DNA of 64,000 nucleotides. Origin: Octopus vulgaris (taxonomy: Eukaryota). A model generated the notes under the pieces. That model was not told the origin of the DNA and did no database searches. It saw only the letters and a list, made by a program, of their open reading frames with translations. This document shows, in pieces, positions 27,651-40,564 of the stretch. The stretch spans positions 62,434,001-62,498,000 of the forward strand of contig OX597822.1 of the NCBI GenBank assembly GCA_951406725.2, in the 5' to 3' direction. Position 1 is the stretch's first letter; every line of letters begins with the position of its first letter. The position numbers and the translations under genes were made by a program.

Positions 27651-29246
27651 ATGTATGTATGTATGTATGTATGTATGTATAAATTTGTATATCTGTGTTT
27701 GTCCCCTAACATTGATTGACAACCGATGTTGGTGTGTTTAAGTCTCTGTAACTTAGCGGTTCTGCAACAGAGTAGGATAGAATAAGTACTAGGTTTACAA
27801 AGAAGTCCTGGGGTCGATTTGTTCGACTAAAGGCGGTGCTTCAGTATGGCCGCATTCAAATAGTGAAATAAATAAAAGAAAAAAAAAGAATATATATATA
27901 TATATATATATTTCGGGATACGTATTTGTTTATAAATATACAAACACGCCGATGAACTTTTTTCTCTTTCATATGCAGTTGTTAGTATTGTACGTATCGA
28001 TGTACAATATGTTTAAGGAATTAGTCATCTCACATCTCAACTAAGAATAACAGCCATGGTAAAATTCATTGGTGTACTTAGCGGATACGCTGTAAGAATA
28101 CGATGAGTGATCTATTGGCACACAATGTCAAAGTCAATTGTTCATGAGGGGATATATTGGCTATGTTACATTAATTTCATATTCAAAGTGTGATTTCTTA
28201 ATGTCCGGGAATTGATTTCTTAAGAATATTTAATACGGTTTTTGAACCTGCTAGAAACTTCAACCAAACATATAGTCAACAGTCTCAAAAGATATGTGGA
28301 ACGCATAAGACATTGTAGTTTTAAATACAATGTTTCTGATGAAAAAAAATCGATGAATGCATAAAATTGGAAAGTTCTTTTATCATTTGTCTGTTCGATC
28401 AGGACTGGCCTCAGATCAATCAATGACAATAATCATAAACATATTTTTATCTCCTGCGGGTCAGTATGCCAATAATAAACACACGCACTGGTTGTATTTC
28501 AATTTTTTGTTATTATTCGTTCGATTAATCAAGGCGGTGAACTAGCAGAATCGTTAGCACGGCGGGCAAAATGTTTAACGGCATTTCGTGCATCTTTACG
28601 TTCCGAGATCAAATTCCGCTGAGATTGATTTTCCTTTTCCTCCTTTCGGGGTCGATAAAATAAGTACCTGTTGAGATCTCTATTTCCAGCGACTTCGAGG
28701 GCCAATCCTAGTGGTGTCGGGGGTCAACTACAACAAGACGACCAAAATTTTTTTTTCCTAGCTCTGGGGTCTCTCGCACCTAAGCCCTAGACCATCACCT
28801 AATCACCCTTACACGTCTTGTTGCTTAACAACAACAATAGCAGCACCAACAAGAATAACAAATTCACATGCACAAACGTGCACGCATACTTAAAATGTGG
28901 AAAATATGCACGTATAGACGAAGGTGTGGTTGTTTTCAAACCACATGGTTCCGGGTTCAGTCCCACGGCGTGGCACCTTGGGCAAGTGTCTTCTGCTATA
29001 GCCTCGGACCAGCCACAGTCTTGTGAGTGGATTTGGTAAATAGAAATTGGAAGACGTATGTCATGTATGTGCGTGTGTGTGCGCGCGAGTGTGTGTGTTT
29101 GCGTATGTGTGTGTATCTTTGTCCTTCACCACCACGTGACAATCGGTGTTGGTGTGCTTACGTCCCCCTGAATTTGAGGCTCAGCAAAAGGACACTGATA
29201 ACGTAAGTATCTGGCTCAACAAAAAAGTAAGTACTATGGTCGAGTC

Positions 29247-29728
29247 GGTTCAGTTTTTAAGAGATGAGGAATTATGTACATTATTTACATTATTTACATT
29301 TGACGGATATTTGTCCTTATCTTGTTTGTTGTAAACACAACGTTTCGGCTGATATACTTGCCTGCCAGCCACCATCAGGTGTCTTGGGGAAATTTCGAAC
29401 ATGGGTTCTCATACCTAAGGTATTTTTCAATGTTGTTGTTATTATTTTTATTATTCAGGACACTGCCTGGAATCGAACTCGGAATCTTGGTATTAAGAGC
29501 ATATGGCGTAGTGGTTAAGAACGCGGGCTACTAATCCCAAGATTCCGAGTTCGATTCCAGGCAGTGACCTGAATAATAATAATAATAATGAGAATAATAA
29601 TAATAATAATAACATCGAAAAATACCTTAGGAATGAAGGCTAGAGGGTATATCAGCCGAAACGTTGCGCTAACAACAAACAATATGAGGACAAATATCCG
29701 TCAAATGTAAATAATGTAAATAATGTAC
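29247..29728. mobile_element. Fold-back element with tRNA-like head and HHR, inserted in a family B SINE with a 9-bp TSD
   Basis: Inverted arms at about 29275-29490 / 29536-29728. GGT(C/T)GAGTC occurs at 29238-29246 and 29729-29737. A-box TGGCGTAGTGG at 29504-29514 and B-box GAGTTCGATTCC at 29547-29558. Confidence 0.8.
29334..29384 (-). ncRNA. Type I minimal hammerhead-like motif (core partly mutated in this copy)
   Basis: GACAC-CUGAUGG-ug-GGCUG...CAGCC-GAAA-cg-UU-GUGUU. The opposite arm (29633-29680) reads AUGAA-GGCU...AGCC-GAAA-cg-UU, which supports an ancestral CUGAUGA. Confidence 0.65.
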
Positions 29729-29997
29729 GGTTGAGTCATTCGACTAAAATCTGCATGGCTGCAGTCTAATGACTGAAATAATTAAAAGATAAAAGATATA
29801 CAACACATGATGCGTGCAACAGCTTCCGTGCAATCGTGTAACTCTTTTATTAATTAGTAACTAAAGCTCTTTCACATCACACCTTGACATCATGATTAAA
29901 TGTCTTTCGCCATAGCCTCGTGTTAACTGATATCTTGTGAGTATATCTTTAAGTGTACCTAATTTGATACCTTATTATTATTATCATTATTATTATT

Positions 29998-30533
29998 GAG
30001 TGAAAGAGAAGTGCATGCCACCAAAGTGATACTGTGATACAATAATACAAAGCCCTATATACCCATCATGACTACCCGTCTGATAAGGGTACACCAGGCA
30101 TATGCATCATAATTATATGTGCGCGATATGGTGATATGATATCAAGGTAAATAACGCAGGACTTTGTAGGTGAGGCCCAGTTAGAATTTTCTTCAAATTG
30201 AGGAGCCCATACCGCTCAAAAGAATCCCTGAATAAAGATTGTTTGAGGATGATGAACGAAACACCCATGTTTCCAGGGGTAAATTATTCAAGAGCCAAAG
30301 AATTCCTCTCATCACATGGCTATGATATACTGTCAACCACAAACATATCGTCAGCCACTAACAGACATGCTCATCTGGTTAAAATCACGCAGCTGACCAC
30401 CAGATCTGTGTTATTGAGCTGAATATTTGGTATAGCTTATCTTTTACACCAAAACAAACAATGTTCTTGATAACACTTCCAATCAGTTAAGATCAGAAGC
30501 CATGAGAGCTAATGCCCGGTACTGCATCAGAGT
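29998..30533. repeat. Unclassified interspersed repeat between (ATT)n tracts
   Basis: Bounded by ATT repeats. A piece (CCAAAGAATTCCTCTCA.CACATGGCTA) recurs at about 2970-2997. Confidence 0.45.
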
Positions 30534-30562
30534 ATTTATTATTATTATCATAATCATCATCA

Positions 30563-30621
<59 letters not shown>

Positions 30622-31700
30622 TCTCTTTATCACAGGTTTTGTTGGGACTCCTGGAGTCTTACATGCGTAGCAGGCTTGCTACCTGCAGTCTACAGTACCA
30701 TGCTATCCATTTTCTTTCAGCTATCTAATACTTTCCTGATTACTCTGGTCGTTCCAAGGAAGCAAAACGTCTGTAACAGTTGTACTGAACACTCTATTCT
30801 AATTTTCTTTATATTCCCCTTGATGCCTTATGATACCGTTCCCAAGGACGCAAGAATAACTGGAACTATCGTCACCTTCTTCATTTTCCATAGCCGGCTA
30901 TTTCGTACTTAAGTGGGTTGTATTTATTTATCTTTTCGTGTTTCTTCTTGACTATTCGTGGGTTAAAGGGGCATGCAACATCAACTATATAGCATATGTG
31001 GTACATCTTGTCGACCACCACGAAACCCGATTTGTTATACTCTAGCATCTGATCTGTTTGCATTGGGAAATCCTAGAGGATTTTGTTAGTCTCCGACTCC
31101 GCCACTCTCTGCGATTTGTGCCCATACCACGTCTTGCTTCTCTCTCGCTCCCACTCCTCGCACAGTTTTCAATGTAACACTATCGCTACCTGATCGTGTC
31201 GCCACAACTTGTAGTGGTTTTGGGCAAGTCTAGAACATTCGTTCGTGATATGGGTAATGATTTCATCCACACTATTGCAGATGCGGCACAGCGGAGTCAT
31301 TTGCTCATTCCTAAGGTTGACCCTCTAGTTTGTAGCCAAAGCTTGGTCTTGTGCTGCCAGTATAGGGCTCTCGGTCTCTTTTTTAGTGTTCTTTTTATCA
31401 GTCAATCTCGCCTATTTTTTCCAGCAACTTCTATTGTGGCAGCATGGAATTGATTGTGTAGTTCCTTCCTGCGTAATTATTTACAGTTCACCGGCCAACG
31501 CCCCTAACATTAGTTTCCACATTAGTGGAAAGAACGTTATCAGTCTAAAGTTGGATGAACAATTTCCCTTTTCAGGATCCTTGTCACACAAGAATATCTT
31601 TCCCCTTTGTCATCCAGCTGGGCACTGCGCCTTTCTGCAAGCGCTCATCTAGCTGCTGCGCTATCCTTTCATAGAGCCCTCTCAGCTTCTTCATCCAATA
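30622..31700 (-). mobile_element. Second R4/Dong-like REL LINE 3' remnant
   Basis: QTDQMLEYNKS...CYIVDVACPFNPRIVKKKHEKINKYNPLKYEI (REL motif). A zinc-finger region lies at about 31200-31300. The 3' end abuts (ATT)n at 30535-30621. Confidence 0.75.
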
Positions 31701-31724
31701 ACCTTGGAGCCCACCATATCGTAG

Positions 31725-31787
31725 TTTTAAAAAATCTATACACATCTCAAAGTTTTAATACACATATAGACAATTTCATAGTTTAGC

Positions 31788-31854
<67 letters not shown>

Positions 31855-32106
31855 TAGTTTTATTTTTATAGCGTGCTTTCACTTCACAACCGAGCGCAGC
31901 TCTGTGTGCCTTGGGTATGTGCTGTGATTTGCTGTGATGCTCTGATGGTTATTGTATGGAAAGTTTTCTGCGTAGGACGTGTGCAGTACGCAGAACACTT
32001 TCTATACAATAACCATCAGAGCATCACAGCAAATCACAGCACATACCCAAGGCACACAGAGCTACGCTCGGTAGTGAAGTAAAAGAACGCTATAAAAATA
32101 AAACTA

Positions 32107-32161
<55 letters not shown>

Positions 32162-32230
32162 GTAATAGCTAAACTATGAACTTGTCTATATGTGTGCTAA
32201 AACTTTGAGATATGTATAGATTTTTTAAAA
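31725..32230. repeat. About 250-bp-arm fold-back built from an R4/Dong LINE 3' end, its (TAA)n tail and flanking DNA
   Basis: Arms are 31725-31974 / 31987-32230. The centre encodes H(V)LRRKLSIQ*, like the LINE C-terminus (compare AHILRNILFM at 86-469). Confidence 0.85.
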
Positions 32231-32773
32231 TCTATTATTATTATTACTATTGAACTTTTGATAGTTTCAGGCAGATTTCTATTGCACCACTTGCTACATG
32301 TCTCTGTTGCTGGGGTGTGTGCAGCATTGGGTGTTCCTTTTTGTTGCTAGGGGAGTGCAAACTCTTTCCAGTTTGTATTGCATCAGTTCGTTTCGTGATA
32401 GGTTTTGGTTACAGACTTTTGCAGTATTAAAGTTTCTATTGCGTGTAAAGCGAGTTGCATTCTTCTGTTAGGTATCCGGCCTGTAGCAGACAAGTGGTGG
32501 TGGTTATCTTTTATTCTTTATCTGTTACTTATTTCATTCTTCAGTCTGTGGCCGGGCTGGGGCACCGTCTTGAAGAATTATTAGTCGAATGAATCTATCT
32601 TTTTTGCTGAAGCGCTAAGTAAGTGAAATGTAAACACGCCAACACCAGTTTTTAAGTGGCTGTGAGGGACAAACACAGAAACAAATACACACACACATAT
32701 CTGCCTGTATCTGTCTCTCTCTCCATTTATATATATACATACATACATACATACATATATACATATATATATG

Positions 32774-32838
<65 letters not shown>

Positions 32839-33216
32839 GTATATATATTATTTTACTTTATTTACATGATATATATTATATATTTTTTTATATGCTCCTA
32901 TATGTATATATATATATATATATTATATATTTTTATATACCTATATTTTTATATACCTATATATTCTTTATATATTACTTATATTATATTTTACTTTCTA
33001 CGTCTTTTTATAAATGTATTTTCTCTGAATCGCTAAAATATTAAATGTAAATTTTTAATGATAAGAATTTTTCTCGCACCATATTATTATTATTATGTGC
33101 TATACAGATGAATTTTGTTCCATCTTGCGGGTTCTATGTTTATTCTATAATTAAATGTTCGAATTATGAAATGATATGCGGATGACCTTGCATTTGTTTG
33201 TTCAATGATTTTAGTT

Positions 33217-33256
<40 letters not shown>

Positions 33257-33338
33257 TTTATTTAAAGCAGCAGAAAATTCAACAAAATCTGTTACTCTGA
33301 GTTTCACGTTCCCGTTCGTCGGACAGTTTTTGCTAGAA

Positions 33339-33376
33339 CTGTCCGACGAACGGGAACGTGAAACTCAGAGTAACAG
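33339..33376 (+). ncRNA. Type I minimal hammerhead ribozyme (U4C core); identical copy on the minus strand at 33289-33326
   Basis: CUGU-CCGACGA-ACG-ggaa-CGU-GAAA-CUC-a-GAG-UA-ACAG, within a perfect 42-bp inverted repeat at 33287-33328 / 33337-33378. Confidence 0.8.
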
Positions 33377-33445
33377 ATATATTTATAATAAGAGTAGATC
33401 GTATACGAGTGGGTATATATTTGTAAAAAAGAAGTTTGAAAACGC

Positions 33446-33499
<54 letters not shown>

Positions 33500-33759
33500 G
33501 ACGAGCTTCTTCCAGTTTTAATTTACCAAATCCTCTCGCAATCCTTTGGTCGGCCCAAGGCTATAGTAAGAATCACTCGTCCAAGGTGCCACGCAGTGGT
33601 ACTGTATCCGGAACTATGTGGTAAGGAAGCGTGCTTCTTACTACACAGCCACGTTTGCGCTTATATACAAAAATTGATGCACAACGATAATCGACTCTCA
33701 AATTGTTTTGGATACTAATCAATTTGACCAATCACACATCAGTTTACTGCATGGAGTCT

Positions 33760-34286
33760 GTCTTGAGATTGTGGATTCTGGAGTGTTTTGCTTAGATTGC
33801 ATTTCTGGATTGAAAGTTTCCTGTGTAGAATGTAGGCTGTTCCTAGCAGGGCTATTTTTCGGACAGTGTGTAGGGCCGAGGGTCAAGGTATAGTTTCTAC
33901 GTTTTTGTTCATATATTTGTTTTTATCATACCCAGTCCTTTAATTATTACTGGTAGTATTTTTACCTTCATGTCCCACATCTTGAATTCTTCAATTTCGA
34001 GGTCGTTGTGATTTGACAATTTCTCCACTTCTTTTGGAGGTAATATCTTGGTCAGAAACGACTTTAATGTCTATCAGTAAGCCGGTGGTTCTTTTTTGTC
34101 CAATCCTTGATTATTATGTCTGGGGATTAGCTTTTATTTCTTGGTCAGTTTAAACAGACATATCCCAGATAATTGTGACCTGGTCGTGTAGGTTGTTTGG
34201 CACATGTTTATGTCATTTCTTGTTATTTCTTATGTTGCAGTGTTGGCATATTGTCGATGTCTTTATACATACATACATACATACAT

Positions 34287-34337
<51 letters not shown>

Positions 34338-34737
34338 GATATATATATATATAATAGAAATATTAAAATTACTAAGTCTCTCTAAAAGAGATCGCGACAG
34401 CGCTACTGGAAATTAATTGATATCGCCATACTAATATGGTAGTCTTATATAAGACTAAAACTGTCGCTTATTAGCTCCATGAGGCCATCCGCCTTAAGAT
34501 AGCTACTTGATACACAAACTGTATCCATTTTAAGCATTCGAACAAGGGAGGTCAGCCGCTTCACACTGCTAGTCCAACAGCTACAGACGCGTTTCAGGGT
34601 ATTTGCCCTTTGTCAATGTAGCGTAGCCAGACCCAGCAGGTGTCGCCACTAACGTCTCTGTTCGAAGGCCTTTATTTACCTAGTTTCGGTGGAATACATC
34701 CACTTGTTTTCAATAATAGAAATATTAAAATTACTAA

Positions 34738-34818
<81 letters not shown>

Positions 34819-34975
34819 GATTTGACAAGGACTGGGCAGCCAGCGATGATGTGGTCATTATGCTGGGTGCACATTCTGCATTTTGTGTTAAGGCCTGTTT
34901 TCATTATTTTGCTTTTATAGTTGTTTGAGGTGAGGCATTGGTCTTGTGCACACAAATAAAGTAGCCCCAACACTA
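33760..34975 (-). mobile_element. Third R4/Dong-like LINE remnant, interrupted by microsatellites and an HHR element (about 34262-34815)
   Basis: AQDQCLTSNNYKSKIMK...KCRMCTQHNDHIIAGCPVLVKSEYI at 34815-34973. A decayed REL region (..EIKANPQT..LLIDIKV..DLEIE) lies at about 33950-34200. A further RT-like scrap is on the plus strand at about 35040-35300. Confidence 0.7.
34580..34622 (-). ncRNA. Type I minimal hammerhead ribozyme, U3:A8 variant
   Basis: GCUACA-UUGACAA-AGGG-caaaua-CCCU-GAAA-cgcg-UC-UGUAGC, with perfect stems I and II. It lies in unit 34351-34739, which has a 27-bp terminal direct repeat. Confidence 0.8.
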
Positions 34976-36105
34976 CTAGAATATATCAACCATGCAATGG
35001 CAAACTAGAAAAATGAATCGAGAGTCATTAAAACCTGCCCTATACCCATAAGAGACTCACTTTCACCCCCTGCTTTCCTACCTTACTCTGACACGACTAA
35101 TAGACTTGCTAAAGAAACATGGGTTACAGATAACTTGAAAATTTTCATTAAAAATACCACGGAACATAAAAACCTAAAAGTTGTCCCTAGTTTCAGCAAG
35201 AACCTTCATCCATGGGTTGGATAAATGTGTCAAAGTGAAATTGAGAAGAGGCAAATTAATCAGCACTAGAAACACTGCACTCGAAAGAGACACAGAAACA
35301 GAGAATTAGACAACAATTGTTTTCTGGTAATCAATCTAAGTCATGTTGAGCTTTGTCTTTTTCTTTTAGTTTTTAACTCCTTTTGTTTCTGTACACTAAA
35401 AATCTATAGAACAAACCACAGACAGGGAATTTTGACAATCAAACAATATCTGTATATGCAATATTTATTTTGTGAATTTAACACTTTCATAATTGGGATG
35501 CCTGTGAGATCCTCTAGGTGTAGTTATTTGACTTTGATCAGCAAGAATCTTTACGTCTGATACATGCCCAACACTGAGACCAGCACACAACTTACCATTT
35601 GTGAATATGATAGTAACATTGTAAAGAAAGTATTGTAAAGAAATATAACAGAGAAAAACAAATATTTATTCCTAAGTTTTCTTATGAGAAATTTAAAGAA
35701 TAGAGACTCCTCATTTTCTTTGCATTTTGTAATAAAATTAATTCTTTTAAAAGAAATTTTCTATTTTTGAAAGTAGTAGGCTAACGTCTTTAACACAAAT
35801 ATTAAAATACATACATACATGCATACATACATAACCACATGCATAAATACACACATGCATACATATGTACATACATACAGAAGGAGAGGGTGAGAGGAGA
35901 GGTTTTTGCGATTAGAGATCGAAATAAAAACAGATATTATATTTCATTCATGATAAACTACTCGGTAATAAAATTTATTTCAAAATGAACGTAAGAAAGT
36001 AATCGTTCAACTATTTTTCTGAAATGATTGAATACAGGAAACTGAAGTGGACAGTGCCTGTGAGTCATCTCGGCTGGTTATGTATTGGGTGAAGATAAAA
36101 GCAAT

Positions 36106-36106
<1 letters not shown>

Positions 36107-36174
<68 letters not shown>

Positions 36175-36315
36175 ATAGAGAGAAAGAAAGAGAGAGAACG
36201 AGGGAGGGAGAGAAAGAGAGAGGTAGAGGGGGAGAGGGAGAGCAGGAGAAAGAGAGAGAGAGAGCGAGAGAGAGAGCGAGAGAGAGAGCGAGAGAGAGAG
36301 CGAGAGAGAGAGAGT
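36107..36315. repeat. (GATA)n followed by GA-rich repeats
   Basis: Direct reading of the sequence. Confidence 0.95.
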
Positions 36316-36829
36316 CAGATAGCATTTCTTATTGTGAGGAAAATAATATATTGATATTTAACAGAGGAAAACAGATATTTATTCGCATTTTTCTTTCTAT
36401 TTTTTAAAATTAATTCACATTTTAAAAGATGAGTTTTTGTATTTTCGAAAGTGGTAGCTTAATGTCTTTAACTATTGTGCCAAATGTATATATGTGCGTG
36501 TTTATGTACATACATCAAATATACAGAGAAAGAAGGGAGAAGGAAAAAGAGAGAAAGAAAGAGAGATGCGAACCAAACTGGAAGTTATGTTACAAGGAAG
36601 CAGATTTCACAAAAGTTGTAACAATGAATTGGCCGTGATTTGACAGTTAAACTTTTGTTGTTAAGCATATGTAGACAGACAGAACTGTTAAGGCGACGGA
36701 AAAGATGCTTACGTTATTTCTTCACGGGAGCTGTTGCTGGTTTCGGTCCAGTCTTCAGAGGCTGGATCGTTGCATAATGTTTTTATTAAAGTCACTTTAT
36801 TTTCTTGCCTGTTTCTGCAAATGTATCTA

Positions 36830-37044
36830 TTGGGTTGTCCGGAAAGTTCGTGCCGATTTATAGTAGCTTACCTTTCGACTTACCCTCCCAGGCACCTCAA
36901 TTCTGGGAAGAGGGTATTTTCAAGTTAAAGGAAAGATTGTGCAACAAAATGGTTCATATTTGGTTGATTAAAAATATAATGGCAAGTATTTATTGACCTT
37001 TTTCTTTCCTTTAAAAATCGGCACGATCTTTCCGGACAACCCAA
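36830..37044 (+). mobile_element. Mariner-derived MITE (internal deletion derivative)
   Basis: About 30-bp TIRs TTGGGTTGTCCGGAAAG.TCGTGCCGATTT with TA on both sides. The interior encodes FWEEGIFKLKER / QQNGSYLVD*, a mariner C-terminus. Confidence 0.85.
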
Positions 37045-37414
37045 TACAATTTCCTTCTGACACGATTCATGTATATTCTCAATGCTGTTGCTCACGCATT
37101 ACTAGTTATTTTTTCCAGAATCCACTTATAGGGAACACTGTTAAAGGCCTCTTATACTTAACCCAAGACGTGCTCAGACTCTTCTTTCACATTCAACAGT
37201 CTTTGGTTATAGTTTTACCGACGCTTAGTAACACGATGGAAAAAAATTCTCAATGGCATTTCTTCCGGCGTTACGACCTGAGTTCAAATTCTGCCGAGGT
37301 TGATTTTTGTCCTTTCACCGTTTCGGAGGCGATAAAATAAGTACCAGTTGAGTACTCTAGTCCATTTAATTGACTAGTCACAAAATTTCAGACCTTGTGC
37401 CTGTATTAAAAAGG

Positions 37415-37452
<38 letters not shown>

Positions 37453-38062
37453 CATCATCATCATTATCGTCATCATTTACATGTTTTTAATCTTTCAGTT
37501 GGCACAGAGAATGTTCCCCATACGCATACCTTTTAACTATAAGTAATTTCTCCATTGCTGTGAAAAATTTCTTCTTCTTCTTCTTCTTCTTCTTTACCAT
37601 CCCACGCATAGCTTCGCGTTTCTCTCTCCGCTCTCTTTTATTTCCAATATTTTTCTGCTTTCTTTTCGTCTTCTTTTTACACCCATTTCTTCTTCTTCTT
37701 CTTCTTCTTCTTCTTCTTCTTCTTCTTCTTCTTCTTCTTCTTCTTCTTCTTCTTTCCCTTCCCTTCTCCCTATTCACATTTCCACCCCCTCTCTCACCGT
37801 TCTTTTATTCACCCTTCTCACTCACTCTATCTCTCGTCCTTACTTTCTTCTTTGTACCATCGTAATGACTGTGAACATAATTTCCATCATCATCATCATC
37901 ATCATCACCATCACCACCATCATCATCACTACCACCACCACCATCATACTCTTCATTGTGACGAAATTATAAACATTATTGTCATCTGAATCTAAATCAT
38001 TTTAACTTGTATTATGGTTATTGTTATTTTTAGAACTAAATAGAAGAAATTCCTACTGCTTC

Positions 38063-38121
<59 letters not shown>

Positions 38122-38498
38122 ATTATTGTTGTTGTTTTGTTATTAAAACACTAATAGGCAGAGGACATTTTTCAACGAAGAATCCGAATGTAATTATTGT
38201 CTCAGGGGTTGCTAATTATGGTCGTGATCACATCGACTTTCCTTCCCCAAATTTTCTCCTCGACCCTCTTCCTCCGCCACGTCCTCCTCCTCCTCCTCCT
38301 CCTCCTCATCCTCCCCCCCTACTACTACTACTACTACTACTACTATTACTACTACTACTCCTGCTACATCATCTCTTTCAAGACGGCATGACTGTAATTT
38401 TAATGAAGCTACCACCTCTCGCTTTATGCTTTCCTTCTTCTTCACTTCATCATCATCATTCTAGCAACAACAACCTCAATCATGAGGTTAGTAATGAC

Positions 38499-38558
<60 letters not shown>

Positions 38559-38560
38559 TA
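37415..38560. repeat. Cluster of trinucleotide repeats: (ATT), (TTC), (CAT/CAC), (CCT), (CTA), (AAT)
   Basis: Direct reading of the sequence. Confidence 0.9.
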
Positions 38561-38862
38561 GTATAATTAGAATAATGAAAATAATAAATTCCATCATCAT
38601 CTATTATATTAAAGACTTCAATACCGAATTCTTTTTTTTACCAGTTTTCTGCAAAAACGTAGGTATGTAATATCTACGTACTTAGGTTTACAAGCATACG
38701 CATATACATGCACACATTCGCACACACACACATATGTCCATATATATGAGTGTACGTGTATGTATGTGTGTGTGTTTGCGTGTGCGCGTGTGTGCGTGTG
38801 TGTGATAGATATCTAGACACGCAGGAGCCTCAGAAGCAATATTTTAATTCTTATAGTTGTAA

Positions 38863-39260
38863 AGGCGGTGAGCTGGCAGAAACGTTAGCACGCCGAGCGA
38901 AATGCGTAGCCGTATTTCGTCTGCCGCTACGTTCTGAGTTCAAATTCCGCCGAGGTCGACTTTGACTTTCATCCTTTCGGGGTCGATTATATAAGTACCA
39001 GTTACGCACTGGGGTCGATGTAATCGACTTAATCCGTTTATCTCTCCTTGTTTGTCCCCTCTGTGTTTAGCCCCTTGTGGGTAGTAAAGAAATAGGTATT
39101 TCGTATGCCGCTACGTTCTGAGTTCAAATTCTGCCGAGGTCAACTTTGCCTTTCATCCTTTCGGGGTCGATAAATTAAGTCCCATTTGCGTACTGGGGTC
39201 GATCTAATCGACTGGCCCCCTCCCCAAAAATGTCGGGCCTTATACATAGGGTGGAAAAGA
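38863..39260 (+). mobile_element. Well-preserved family A SINE with a duplicated body (dimer)
   Basis: GGCGGTGAGCTGGCAGAAACGTTAG head with GAGTTCAAATTCC B-box. The body is repeated from 39096. A triple minus-strand cluster lies at 60915-61560. Confidence 0.85.
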
Positions 39261-39695
39261 ATTCTTATAGTCAAGAGTACTCAATAACTAATTATAAATT
39301 ACTCGTACCTATAACCAATATTTATCCTTATTTTATCTCTTTTTACTTGTTTCATCATTGGTCTTCGGGCAAGTTAGGACTCTGCTTTCAAAGGTTTTAG
39401 TCGAACAAATCAACCCAAGGACCTAGTCTTGAGTCGGGTTCTGATTTTACCATGTCTTTTGCCGAACCGATAACTTTCAGTGAAGTAAACATACTAACAT
39501 CGATTTTCGAGCGGTGAGTGGTGTCCAAACACAAACATAAATACACACATGTAGACAATAGACTCCCACACAGTTTCCGACTGCTAAATTTCCCCACAAG
39601 ACAATAGTCGGTCCACGGGTATTGCAGAAAACGTCTGCCGCACGGTGGGACTAAAATAAACAAAAGAGAAAGAATAAATTTTCAACATATCCATG

Positions 39696-39789
<94 letters not shown>

Positions 39790-39839
39790 TTATATTTATA
39801 TATATTCTGAATTTCTGCAAATGTGTATAAAATAAGATA

Positions 39840-40509
39840 TCAGTTGAATAAAGTTACAACATGTTCTGGTTTTCAGTTTTTTTATTATTGTATTTTAAAA
39901 ACAAATTTTTACAATGTTGAAGTATGTTAAAATTTAAAAAGATATTTTGTAATCTTCATAAAGTTCAATTAGCGCTTTCACACGTTCGTAGTAATAATCA
40001 GATTTTAAAATGTATTGACTGACAGTAGAGCTGAGTGCTTGACAATTGCAGTAAAATGACTGGCTTCTTCCTTTTTATACCTTTTAGAAGGCTCCGACAA
40101 ACTGAATTTTTCGAACACGGTTTTGACCAATCAGCATGATTCTTAAACGTCACAGTTTGCCGGGCGCACCGATATTACTGGCATATATTCCGCCTTTATT
40201 TTAAGCAAATAGTTTTTCGGTTTACGTGCAATGCTTTTATTAGTGAGCAAACTTAGTTGGTTTCGATCGTTTTTATTTCAATCGGTGAGAGTCTTCTGTA
40301 ATTAGTTCATATCCTTATGCTACAGATATTTTTTAATCCACATCATTAATCATTAATTATTATTTTAATCCACATCTGAACGGAAATAACAACAATAATA
40401 TAACAATCAGTTAATGATGTGGATTAAAGAAATCTTTAACATATTTTTAAAATACAATAATAAAAAAAAAACATGAGAACCAGACCATATTGTAGCATTC
40501 TTCAACTGA
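39840..40509. mobile_element. Non-autonomous DNA transposon with imperfect ~60-bp TIRs and TA flanks
   Basis: TA|TCAGTTGAA...TTCAACTGA|TA. The arms 39840-39900 and 40445-40509 are diverged reverse complements. Confidence 0.65.
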
Positions 40510-40533
40510 TACATACATACATACATACATACA

Positions 40534-40564
<31 letters not shown>

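Noticed and set aside
29497-29566. Possible tRNA gene; likewise the heads at 51324 and 56126
   Set aside because: The acceptor and anticodon stems do not pair properly and each continues into a repeat body, so these are SINE-type heads.
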